From Histomonas meleagridis 2922-C6/04-290x (Eukaryota > Protista > Parabasalia): a DNA stretch of 39,230 nt. The notes beneath the pieces were generated by a model. It was given only the letters and a program-made list of their open reading frames with translations. It did not search any database and was not told the origin of the DNA. Position numbers and translations under genes: made by a program. This document shows positions 29,539 to 39,230 of the stretch, in pieces; the first letter of the stretch is position 1, and the number at the start of each line of letters is the position of its first letter. The stretch lies in the NCBI GenBank assembly GCA_020184695.1, contig JAANOX010000173.1:1-39230 (forward strand), given 5' to 3'.

Positions 29539-29955
29539 ATGGCTCGTACAAAACAAACAGCTCGTAAATCTACTGGTGGTAAGACTCCACGTAAGTCACT
29601 CGGTGCTAAGGCAGCTCGTAAGTCAACACCAGTTGTTGATTCACAAGGTGCTAAGAAGCAACATCGTTTCAGACCAGGTACAGTTGCTCTTCGTGAAATT
29701 CGTAAATATCAAAAGAGCACAGATCTTTTAATTCGTAAGCTTCCATTCCAGCGTCTTGTTCGTGAAATCGCATCTGGTTTCCGTGGTGATCTTCGTTTCC
29801 AATCATCAGCAATTGCAGCTCTTCAAGAAGCATCAGAAGCTTATCTTGTCGGTCTCTTTGAAGATACAAACCTTTGTGCAATTCATGCAAACCGTGTTAC
29901 AATTATGGAACGTGATGTTCAACTTGCACAACGTATTCGTGGTGAACGTAACTAA
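29539..29955 (+). CDS. H3: Histone H3 (trichomonad type)
   Basis: [29 protein letters not shown]...[36 protein letters not shown], 138 aa. TCATT Inr at 29527. Confidence 0.99.
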   Translation: MARTKQTARKSTGGKTPRKSLGAKAARKSTPVVDSQGAKKQHRFRPGTVALREIRKYQKSTDLLIRKLPFQRLVREIASGFRGDLRFQSSAIAALQEASEAYLVGLFEDTNLCAIHANRVTIMERDVQLAQRIRGERN

Positions 29956-30154
29956 ACTATATTTTAATCATACAAATCATCTATTTCATATTTATTAGCT
30001 TCCGTTTCAATTAATTTTTGAATTTTTGTATTGAAATTATATTCGATCTGATTTGAAATAATTCATTATAACGAATTAAAAATTTGATTCTACGCATAGT
30101 ATAAATTGCTACCCAAAATAAGAATACATTTTTTGATTTAGTCAGTCAAAAACA

Positions 30155-31426
30155 TTACATTGTGCAAATGTCGTCACTATTATCATCATATAGGATATCT
30201 TTTACACCATTATTATTTTCCTTTGTAATCTCCAAAATATGTGTGTAACACTTCGGGCACACTTGTACAAGTTCTGAACCTCTTCCAGGAATTGGGATTT
30301 TATTATTGAAGCAATTTTTGCAAATGCAATCTCCACAATATCTACAATGATGTCTTCTATTGATAAAACTAAACTTCGCTTTACACAACATGCAATATGG
30401 CGCTTGATCATCAGGGATCCAAACAGGAGCAAATCCTTTAAGTTCCAATTCTTTCTTATCTAAATTACTTTGCTCTAATAACTTATCAAAAGCTTCTAAA
30501 ATTAAGGTCTTGGACTTTGGCGTTGGAAGATTCATTCTAAAGCTTTTATTCTTTTGTCGAAGTTCAACTGCATTCTTGAAAATTTCTCCTTCTTCAACAG
30601 GTGATATCATATATTCACCTGTATGATAGATTTTATTAACCTTTAATGAGTTTGGAAGCATTCCTTGTTCAGCAACAACCAAAACGTCATCAAAGATGAC
30701 GATATGGCGGTTATTTGTCCATCGTCTGGAAAATTTGAGCGCATCGTCATTAAAAAGTAATCGTCGACGGAGCTTGAAAACATCGAAGTCTGTGAAACGC
30801 GATTGGAGATCACTCATCTTAACTGCTTCTTCAAATACTTCAACAGCTTCATCGACTTTAGAGATTTCTTCACAAACTTTATCTAATGCTTTCTTTAAAA
30901 GAATATAATCTTGACTATCTTCTGGTGTGGTTTTGATAAGTTCTTGAAGTAAAAGACGGTAACGTGGTGGCCTTTGAACAGGAGTGATTAGGAAACCTGA
31001 AATGGTATCGCCAAGTTGAGATTCTGCTTTTGTAAGCATATCATTAAACGCTTTGTTAGTTTCCCTTTCTTGTATAATTTGTGGACCAAGAAGATTATAA
31101 TCACGAATGAAATCGAAGTAGATGATAATAAGTTTTGGGAAACGTTCAAAACATTTTCCTATTGATTTGTTAGGATCGTTCGATTGCATATAAAAATTTA
31201 ATTGTTCAGTAAGCGTATCACTAATCATTTGTATTTGAGTGATTTTTTCGAAGAATTTAGGAATATCGGGATTAATGTTGAGTTTTCCTTCTTGTGCCAA
31301 TTTGTTCAGAGGAATTGAAACAAGTTGATTCATCATTTGTAAGCCCATGTTATAGACATGTTCAGTCTTGAAAATTTCATTAATTACATTCTCTCTTTGT
31401 ACTCTTTTGGGGTCTTTCTCGGACAT
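30155..31426 (-). CDS. DH (RhoGEF)-PH-FYVE protein, FGD/frabin-like
   Basis: VINEIFKTEHVY, FLITPVQRPPRYRLLLQELIKTTP (DH), PH-like middle, and WIPDDQAPYCMLCKAKFSFINRRHHCRYCG..VCPKC (FYVE). Confidence 0.92.
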   Translation of the reverse strand: MSEKDPKRVQRENVINEIFKTEHVYNMGLQMMNQLVSIPLNKLAQEGKLNINPDIPKFFEKITQIQMISDTLTEQLNFYMQSNDPNKSIGKCFERFPKLIIIYFDFIRDYNLLGPQIIQERETNKAFNDMLTKAESQLGDTISGFLITPVQRPPRYRLLLQELIKTTPEDSQDYILLKKALDKVCEEISKVDEAVEVFEEAVKMSDLQSRFTDFDVFKLRRRLLFNDDALKFSRRWTNNRHIVIFDDVLVVAEQGMLPNSLKVNKIYHTGEYMISPVEEGEIFKNAVELRQKNKSFRMNLPTPKSKTLILEAFDKLLEQSNLDKKELELKGFAPVWIPDDQAPYCMLCKAKFSFINRRHHCRYCGDCICKNCFNNKIPIPGRGSELVQVCPKCYTHILEITKENNNGVKDILYDDNSDDICTM

Positions 31427-32826
31427 TTAAAACGAATTGGCTTTTGATTAATTTACCAAAAATCAATTGAAAATTTGAACACCGGTATTGAGGTAAATTT
31501 TCAACGTTTTACTTAAATAAACTATTGAAAACTTCGGGAAGATATCGGAAAAATAATAGTTTTCGTGAGACATGTCTCTTTGAAATCTCCGTTTGAGATC
31601 AAATTTGTAAGAAATAAACGACACACTATCTATGCAAAATTTATTTCATTAGTCATATTGGTCTAATTAAGGGTAGATCGCTCCGAACAGGACTTATAAG
31701 ATTTTTTTCTGGAAGTTTTAAATAATAAAACAGTTTTAAATTTTTCATCACATAGTTTTTTATAAAAAAAATGTTCAATCAATTAAATCGTTTAAGAGTT
31801 CAAAGGGGAAGAAAAATTATACACATGCAAAATTTACATTTAATATGGAAAAAACTGGGCACACTTACTGTTAAAATATTTTCATGGTAATTTTGCATAT
31901 ATCAAATCCTAAACCCCAAAACACTATCAAACGTATTTAATCCCTTAACTCCATTGACCTTATATTTTATTTAAATCAATATTTTTATGTAGTTAACAAA
32001 ATATATGAGTTTTATCTAGTAAATTATGGAAGATTAATGATATCCGTTGCTTTATTGGGTGATTTTATATCCCAAAAACATTTTTATGATCTAATTAACC
32101 TGATACTACAATATTTTTGGTTTCGTTGAACCGAAGACCACTTGTTACAACTCCAGCATGCTGGTGTCCAATAAGACTACCGACGCTTGTGCCTGCTTTA
32201 ACTATTTTTATATCCCTGAGTGCATTCCATAATATAAATCAGAAGAATAGCTGCATCATGTGATTGTTCTTTGATAACTAAAACATTTTTGACTGAGTTC
32301 CATATCCATGAATTAAGTATCCCAACTTGTGGTAGCCAATAACGTGGTTGCCTTTTGCAAAATGAAAGATCAGAAACTGTGTCCTCAGTTAAATTATCAT
32401 AACTTTTGCACACACATCAGCTGTGAACTGAAAGAGAATTTTTAACAGACCATGTGAAAATATTCATCAATATTTGAATCAGATCGGTTGGTGGCGGTTG
32501 CCTTAACTTTTGTCACTTTTTATTTAATTATGCAGAGCGAAAGAGAATTTTGATTAAGTTTTTATTAAAAATCAATCAAAAATATTTGTTTAACCTATCT
32601 TGATTATATCAAAAACTGTGCATGGAACAGAAAAAAATTTTAGTAATTACTTCAAATTATTGTATTATGGAAGGTTTTGAAAAAGTGTTTCTGTAAGAAG
32701 ACCATTTTGGGGCGTATCGTTTCTATTATTTACCACTATATCATAATAATTAAAAACATTTAATAATGATGAATTTATCATTTTTATTTGACAATTTTTA
32801 CAAAAAAGTGCATAAAAAGTGTCAGA

Positions 32827-35250
32827 ATGGAGAAGCAATTCGGATTCCTGAACACACATTTTCAAGTTCAGGGAGAATGCAAATCAATCAGAGCCATGAC
32901 AAAGCATATGAATGAACTTTATGTTGCAGTTGAATCACTTCGATATTACCAATTTAAATTTGATAATTCAACTTTGAAAATGGTTGGAGGAAAGTGTCTC
33001 ACAAGTCAAGGTGCCGAAATTTATGACATGAAATCAGTTGGTGATCAATTATTGATATTACTACGTAAAGGAGTTGATAAGCCAGGAAATCTCATTTCAG
33101 TTTCAACAGCAGACTCAGCAAATTCCAGCCAGAACATCAACTCTTCAGTCAGCTTTTTCGAAGTTAGTATGTTTTCAAACAATAACTCATATATTGCAAT
33201 ATTTACATCTACAAATTCTTTAATTGTTCAAAGTTATAGGGATAAAGCGTGGGTTCAAGTGTATTCATGTGCACTTGAAACTCCATGTATTAGTGCATGC
33301 TTATCTTATCCAAACTTAATTGCAATGTCACTCAAAGAGAATATTACTTTAATAATTAACAGCACAATGGAAAAAATCCCATGCAGAAACGACCAGAGCT
33401 GTAGCGTTGTTGCTGTGAGCACGAATTCATTCTTAATGTATTCTAATCAAACCACAAAAGTAGTAAATTCAAAACTTCAAACTTCATATTCACCTGTCAA
33501 GTTTGACCAACCACAAGTAGCACATACGGGGTATGGTTCTTTACTTGCGTCAGCTTCTTCATCAGGTGTTACTATTTATAAATGTCAGTCAGGTGGAAAT
33601 CAAATTTTCCCATTATCTGATTTACCTAATGCCAGTCACTTCTGCACCTTTAATGATCTTACTCTTGTATCTAGTGATAATCATATTTATATAATCCAAG
33701 ATATATCCGAAGTATATGATCATATTCTCGCAGGTGAGTTTGAAAAACTTAATGAAATGAACCCGCCACCATCCGTTGAAGTTCTCGCAGCAGCTTTCGA
33801 ACAGCTATGGCAAAAGCGCCACAATATCGAAGCTTTGGCTCTCCTTAAGTACAAACCGTTTCATGTGGCGGTTTTTGATGTTTTAAATCTTTTCAAATTC
33901 ATCAAATGCAACACACAAAAATCGCAATATTTGTCATTTGCGGAAGCCACGGATGACCTTAATCTTACCAAGCCACTTGTAGAAGGTTTATTAACCATTC
34001 GATCAAGTCGACCAAATGAATTAGTACATCGTGCAATTGACACTGCGATATTTGAAATCTATTCCATCCAAGAAGACATCAAAAGCCTATCCTCCTTTAT
34101 TGAGAAGAAACCATTATTATCTGATGATATTGTCAAATTTTTCAATGACAGTATATCACCCACATATGCGATGTACTTAGGGTATATCCATAAATACCAA
34201 GACGCCATTGATGTTTTCAAGAAGATTCCAAACATGGATCAATTTGTTCTTGAAGAGATTGCACGATTACTTGTCTCCGGCTCATCACATTGGGACTTCT
34301 TTGAGACCAACATCAAATGGTTTATGGAGATATCACCTATTTATGCGTGTAATGTGTTAACGAACGAGTCCATCCATCCCAACAAATCGTTACCATTTTG
34401 CATCGAAAACTTTCGCCAATATTATCCACGTGTATTATATGGCCTCTTAAGCCACAAAGACCTCTTAAACTCATCCACATACATCAACGAATACGCGAAC
34501 ATGATCTGCCAATTGTTGTCCAGCATCTTCCAGCCGAACTTCTCACGGGACAAAGTTTCATTCTGCACGTGTATCATCAACAATCCGAATGCCTCATTAC
34601 AAGAGATCGAATCCGAGCTTGGCTCATATCTCACAAATGTCTTACGAAGGTTTAAAGACAGCATAAACACAGAACAATTATCTACGTACGCGAATCAAAT
34701 CAACGACGTCAACATTAAAGTCGAAATATATCGCGCGGCTGGTAAAGTCGAAGAAGCGTTGACATTAATCTGGGAGCAAGGCAACGAGCCGGACCTCAAC
34801 AAGTGCGTGCAGTTCTGCAAGGAGAACAATGACTCGTCGAAGGGATTCGAAATATTGTTGAAGCTGATGGACAACAGATTGCCCTCCGACAAGAAGACGC
34901 CGTTGATAATGAAGTTGTTAGCGGAGAACATGTGCGAAATAAACATATCGAACGCGTTCTCGTACATAGACGCGAACCAGCCAATAGACGAAGTCGTGCC
35001 GTTCTTGGAGAGCTCGTACAGAAGACTGGTGGCACTAAGAAGAGACGCGGAACTCGACGCAGCGTTCGCAGAGTCAAACGAGTTCGAAACGGGATACCAA
35101 AGAATGAGGCTCGAGGCCCAGGTAATGGAGCTGAGGTGCGAAACAGTATGCGCGGAGTGCGGGCAGGCGCTCGGCTTCCAGTACGCGCAGAGGGCACCAA
35201 ACGGCCTCGTGTACCACCACAAGTGCTCTGCGAAGAGTAGGGAAAAGTGA
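32827..35250 (+). CDS. Vps39/Vam6/Vps3-like HOPS/CORVET subunit
   Basis: Beta-rich N-terminal propeller, alpha-solenoid with clathrin-type repeat (EEALTLIW..DLNKCVQFCK), and C-terminal CAECGQALG..RAPNGLVYHHKC (Vps39_2 Zn ribbon). ATG at 32827. Confidence 0.78.
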   Translation: MEKQFGFLNTHFQVQGECKSIRAMTKHMNELYVAVESLRYYQFKFDNSTLKMVGGKCLTSQGAEIYDMKSVGDQLLILLRKGVDKPGNLISVSTADSANSSQNINSSVSFFEVSMFSNNNSYIAIFTSTNSLIVQSYRDKAWVQVYSCALETPCISACLSYPNLIAMSLKENITLIINSTMEKIPCRNDQSCSVVAVSTNSFLMYSNQTTKVVNSKLQTSYSPVKFDQPQVAHTGYGSLLASASSSGVTIYKCQSGGNQIFPLSDLPNASHFCTFNDLTLVSSDNHIYIIQDISEVYDHILAGEFEKLNEMNPPPSVEVLAAAFEQLWQKRHNIEALALLKYKPFHVAVFDVLNLFKFIKCNTQKSQYLSFAEATDDLNLTKPLVEGLLTIRSSRPNELVHRAIDTAIFEIYSIQEDIKSLSSFIEKKPLLSDDIVKFFNDSISPTYAMYLGYIHKYQDAIDVFKKIPNMDQFVLEEIARLLVSGSSHWDFFETNIKWFMEISPIYACNVLTNESIHPNKSLPFCIENFRQYYPRVLYGLLSHKDLLNSSTYINEYANMICQLLSSIFQPNFSRDKVSFCTCIINNPNASLQEIESELGSYLTNVLRRFKDSINTEQLSTYANQINDVNIKVEIYRAAGKVEEALTLIWEQGNEPDLNKCVQFCKENNDSSKGFEILLKLMDNRLPSDKKTPLIMKLLAENMCEINISNAFSYIDANQPIDEVVPFLESSYRRLVALRRDAELDAAFAESNEFETGYQRMRLEAQVMELRCETVCAECGQALGFQYAQRAPNGLVYHHKCSAKSREK

Positions 35251-35926
35251 GTAAAAAGTGATTTGTGAAATGGGGCGCCCCACGTTCAAAAAGTTTTGCG
35301 ATTAAATTTGATTCAAAGTTTGTAACGTTTTGATACATTCCACGAGAGAACACATTCACATTCACATTGGCAGCAAGGACTATGGCGCGGACGGCCGTTT
35401 TATTGGTATTGACATGAACACATTTCAATAAGTAATTCGCGCATCATATTGCAATGGGGAAATGCATGTCTGCTTTTCAATATGAGAGTTTAAGTCGTTA
35501 GCTGCCAGCGATCGAGGGCATGGATTTGATGTTTGGTATATATTTTTTATCGAGATATTTCTGGAGTATTCCAATTTTTTTTTTTTGAATTAACAATATA
35601 ATAAACTACTCAATTACGCAAAAAAAGAGCAATATCAACCAATCAATTTTTTGTTCAAGTGAGTTGAATAAGTGAACTGAGTAAAATAGACGTTTAAGGG
35701 TTCCAAAATTTTCAGAGAACGTTTAATATAGCCGTCATTTTCGCTTCAATCTAAAAAACCGCCCATATAATAACCGCTGAAACAAATGCTGATTCAATTA
35801 TTTATTTCTATCGCTTTAACTGTTTTAAAGTTCTCAATTTTTTTGAGCCAGTTGTTTTCAAATAAACATATCAAATTTGAGCGTGTATATCGGTTTGTTT
35901 CAAATCAAAGTTTTATTTTGGCGCCA

Positions 35927-36538
35927 ATGTCGAATCAAGCAAACCCACTCCTCGAGAAAGCTTTTATGGCTATTGTAACAAATACTAACGACGCAGATAA
36001 AATTAGATCCGAAGTTTATAATGTAATAACAAATTATGTAACTCAATCCATCACACCAGAAGATGCAAACGCACGTCTTGAAGTACTTACTGGAACACCT
36101 TTTGCAGTTCAAAAAATTAATGAGGTTCTCCAACAATATCAATTACCTGAAACAGTTCAACAATCAATTTTTAAAGCAACTCAATTTCCAGGTTTTAGAA
36201 AAAGATCAAGTCCTTGGACAGAAGAAGAAGACGAAAGGTTAAGAGCTGCTATACAGGTACATGGTTCTGATAATTGGACTATAGTTGCAACATTTGTTGG
36301 AGGAGGAAGAACTAAATCACAATGTAGCCAAAGGTGGAGGCGAGTGCTTGATCCAAAAATCAACAAAGGCAATTGGACGAAAGAAGAAGAAGAAAAATTA
36401 ATTGAAGCAGTCAAATCATTTGGAAATAAAGCGTGGACACGCATATCTTCAGAGCTAGGAAACAGAAGCGATGTTCAATGTCGCTTTAGGTATAACTTTC
36501 TACAGAAAAAAGCGTTACAGAATCAAACTGAAAATTAG
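35927..36538 (+). CDS. R2R3 Myb transcription factor (true end possibly 36629)
   Basis: SPWTEEEDERL..NWTIVA..GRTKSQCSQRW and GNWTKEEEEKL..KAWTRIS..NRSDVQCRFRY. Removing one A at 36531-36534 extends the protein with IRPIATLQAEDQPFSNTQEESIEQNLQENKE* to TAA 36629. Confidence 0.92.
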   Translation: MSNQANPLLEKAFMAIVTNTNDADKIRSEVYNVITNYVTQSITPEDANARLEVLTGTPFAVQKINEVLQQYQLPETVQQSIFKATQFPGFRKRSSPWTEEEDERLRAAIQVHGSDNWTIVATFVGGGRTKSQCSQRWRRVLDPKINKGNWTKEEEEKLIEAVKSFGNKAWTRISSELGNRSDVQCRFRYNFLQKKALQNQTEN

Positions 36539-36691
36539 GCCAATCGCTACTCTTCAAGCAGAAGATCAGCCATTTTCAAATACTCAAGAAGAAAGTATTG
36601 AACAAAATCTTCAAGAAAATAAAGAATAAACAATTTGATATGGTGAAAAAAAGAAAGAAAAAATATTTTGTATAAATTTTTGTTTTTTAGT

Positions 36692-36757
36692 TTTTATTGT
36701 ATCGTTTAACAAAATTTCACTAAACAGTCAAAAATGTTCAATGATGGAGTTCAAAAG
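36692..36757 (+). repeat. Orphan ~66-bp third copy of the ERICH2-like promoter/start region
   Basis: ATTGTATCGTTTAACAAAATTTCAC..ACAGTCAAAAATGTTCAATGA.TGGA.GTTCAAAAG matches 38601-38669 (direct) and ~25813-25883 (inverted). Confidence 0.85.
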
Positions 36758-37722
36758 GATTTATATTGATGATGTCAACATTTTCAGTAATAAATTTCAA
36801 AGGAATACATAATTCATTTGTCCATTGTGTTCAGTTGATTCCCAACACAAAAATATAATCGAACAGTGTACAATTAAACGTTGATTACAACGCCTTTTGA
36901 ATATGAATTGGTTTGTGCTTATTCGTATTTATACATGTCTATGCATAAGCAAAATTAAAATGAGAATTATAGAATAATTTCTCCAAGAAGAAGAACTTTA
37001 AATGTTTCTTCAAAAATTATTTAAAATATCGAGAAGAAGTTATAAAGTTAAAAAATATCATCTGAGTTTTTATTTGGTACCGTCAGGCGTCTTACCAATA
37101 AATATAACACACACAAGTGCAGTATTTAGTGATGTTTGGGCTGAATTAGGCGAATTTTCTGTTGTAACTTATGGAAGTTTTACAGAAGCCCAATCATTTA
37201 CATGGGAACTTGACGGGTATTCAGAATTAAGATATGGTAATCCACACAAAAACACAGCGATGATTCGAACGGTGATACATTAGCAAGTGCATCATTATAT
37301 GAACGACAACTTCTTACGAATGCTATTTACTATTTATATCAATTAAACCATTTGCGAAAGATTTTGATGACGATAAATATTTTCATCATATTTAATATTT
37401 AATATAAAAATATTCACATTTTCTTTCGTTATACATAGACATTAAAATAAAAATGATGATTTTGATACAAAAAACTGTTTGACACTGCAAAACATCGTTT
37501 TTACACCAAATGAGAACTCTTCGTATAGCGCTTTTACAAACATAAATGAACAAATCAAAATTGCAATTTGATCTTAAGATTTCATTAACTGATTTTGTGA
37601 ATTTCTGCAAAAACTGTAATGCACCAACAGATTTGTTTATTTTTCTTGTTTCATCAAACATTCAAAATACAAAGGATGATTGATCCAACACTTTCATTTC
37701 GCCTGATTATGTTTCATGTTGA
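36741..37722 (+). pseudogene. Decayed coding-like sequence of unknown family
   Basis: Protein-like stretches in shifting frames: LITTPFEYELVCAYSY; VPSGVLPINITHTSAVFSDVWAELGEF...ELRYGNP; SDDSNGDTLASASLYERQLLTNAIYY; LQFDLKISLTDFVNFCKNCNAPTDLF. Many stops. Confidence 0.4.
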
Positions 37723-38110
37723 TATCAAAAATTATATATAAAAACAATTGCTTCAAATTATTATATTATGGAATAAAAAAAAAAAAATCACTATAAAAAA
37801 GCAAATTGTTTCTGTAAACTTTTTTACGATATTTATTGGATATAATTGCATATTGTTGATTGCATTATACAATTTTTATAAGATAGAAATAAATCTTAGT
37901 TTATTATAATTTTTTTTTTATTTGAGAAACATTTTATCAACTAACAAGAACAATATCAAATATAATATTTAATATTTAAAAATACATCAAAAGTGATAAA
38001 ACATGAATTCAAAAAAGATTATAGCTAAATCGTAAAAAAAGATGGATAAATTATATAAAAGTATATATAAAAACTGAATTTAAATAAGAACTAAATCTAA
38101 ATCTAAATTA

Positions 38111-38487
38111 ATGCAACACACACAATATCAAATTGTTCATTTCCAAAAGAATGGTGTTAAAGTTGAAATAATTGCTATCCCAGGAATGGTATCTAAATAT
38201 CGTGAAGGATTATGTTCACTTGAAGATGCAATTATTGATGATAAGATTTATACAAGTGCATCAAAGGGCAATATTGTAAGTAAAACAGATCTAGAGAAGA
38301 TTGGTATTAATGGGAGAGAATTATTAGAATTAATAATGAAGACAGGAAAATATGGATTAACAGCACAAGAGATATGATTGAAACACTTCAAGTTATTAAT
38401 TTTATTCATCAAAACTTTATTGAGCCAACAACGAAAAAGCCACATCCTGTATCTCGTATTGAAAGTGCACTTCAAGAGATAAAAGCA
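38111..38487 (+). pseudogene. SBDS: Truncated SBDS duplicate
   Basis: Near-identical to 26733 onward (G49D). A-runs are collapsed at ~38369-38386, giving a stop at 38377. Homology jumps at 38487 into the 3' intergenic region, deleting the last ~100 codons. Confidence 0.9.
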
Positions 38488-38650
38488 CTCTTTACCAATA
38501 TATTTTTCAATAAATATTATATAAAACATTCATGAAAAATATCAACGAAATTAGAAATATTAAAATAATAATAATGATGATAAATATTGAAACCGTTTAA
38601 TTTTGATTGTATCGTTTAACAAAATTTCACACAACAGTCAAAAATGTTCA

Positions 38651-39160
38651 ATGAATGGAAGTTCAAAAGAATCACCACAAGCACTTCAAATCGTATTATT
38701 TTATTCTAATCATAGTTAATGAAAACATTAGAAGAAAAGGATTATTCTAAAGCGATAATTTTATGTAATATTATTTTAGAACGTTATCCAAGGAATGAAC
38801 TTGTTAAAGAAATTAAGAAATATGTTGAATTACAAATTGGTCAACCAGATGATGATGTGCCAATATCAGCAAATGAACTTGAAGAAGCAGAAAGTTATAT
38901 GTGCTTTTGGATCAGAAGAATATTCAGAAGAAGAGTCAGAAGAAGAGGAAGAAGAAGAAATTGAAGAAGAGACAGAAGAAGAAGAAAATCAACAAACCAA
39001 ATATTCACCAAAGCAAAAACACGAAGGAAACGAACGAAATCAAATGACAACACAACGCAAAGCGCAAACAAAAATGTTAAGATCAAGACCAACAGTTGTC
39101 AAACCAAAGACAACGACTGTGAAAGTATCACTTCAAAATTTTCCAAAAAGCAAAATATGA
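38651..39160 (+). pseudogene. ERICH2-like duplicate with a +1 frameshift near 38896-38907
   Basis: Same exon 1 (38651-38692) and intron as the left copy. AGTTATATGTGCTTTTGGATCAG replaces AGTTTTAATGCTTTTGAAGCAG. The 3' half reads through an A5 run (39070-39074) to TGA 39160. Confidence 0.75.
38693..38715 (+). other. Predicted 23-nt intron, second copy
   Basis: GTATTATTTTATTCTAATCATAG, identical to 25767-25789. Confidence 0.7.
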
Positions 39161-39230
39161 AAACTTTGTTAATCCCTTTTAAGATTCAAAGCATGCTCGC
39201 AATCACAATGCGAATTGTTGAAAAGGATTT

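Larger units (their letters stand above)
37555..39230 (-). repeat. Right arm of inverted segmental duplication (runs to window end)
   Basis: Inverted copy of 25247-27306 that lacks about 346 bp (left-arm ~25998-26343). It is still aligned at the last base of the window. Confidence 0.95.

Noticed and set aside
31567-31578. 12-bp palindrome GAGACATGTCTC resembling a p53 half-site
   Set aside because: It is a single occurrence of a length expected by chance in 39 kb, and no p53 family is known in this lineage.

Overview
Gene-dense, AT-rich eukaryotic DNA from a parabasalid (Trichomonas/Tritrichomonas/Histomonas-like). The evidence is trichomonad-type histone H3 ([24 protein letters not shown]) and H4 ending LYGF in a divergent pair, TCAYW initiator motifs just before ATGs, TAA-A stop/polyA ends, and almost no introns. 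About 20 genes are readable: DnaJ, an EF-hand repeat protein, a sphingomyelin-synthase-family enzyme, ELP3, Lunapark, CEP135/Bld10-like, HMG-box, TMX2-like, arrestin-FYVE, P4-ATPase, a divergent Rho-like GTPase, CK2-alpha-like, SBDS, a PP2A-A-like HEAT protein, H4/H3, DH-PH-FYVE, Vps39-like and an R2R3 Myb. Structure the ORF track misses: (1) a 23-nt GT..TCTAAT..AG intron that restores the N-terminus of an ERICH2-like gene, present in two copies; (2) a diverged inverted duplication (25247-27306 vs 37555-window end) around a 10 kb spacer, whose copies carry different lesions; (3) an orphan third copy of the ERICH2-like promoter/start fused to a decayed gene; (4) several broken genes (MOB1, Rab, SnoaL/NTF2-like of possible bacterial origin, Myb tail); (5) E2F-like and Myb-like motifs upstream of histone, basal-body and transcription-factor genes. 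Single-base homopolymer indels recur, so some apparent pseudogenes may be assembly errors. No tRNA, rRNA, CRISPR array or recognisable transposase was seen.
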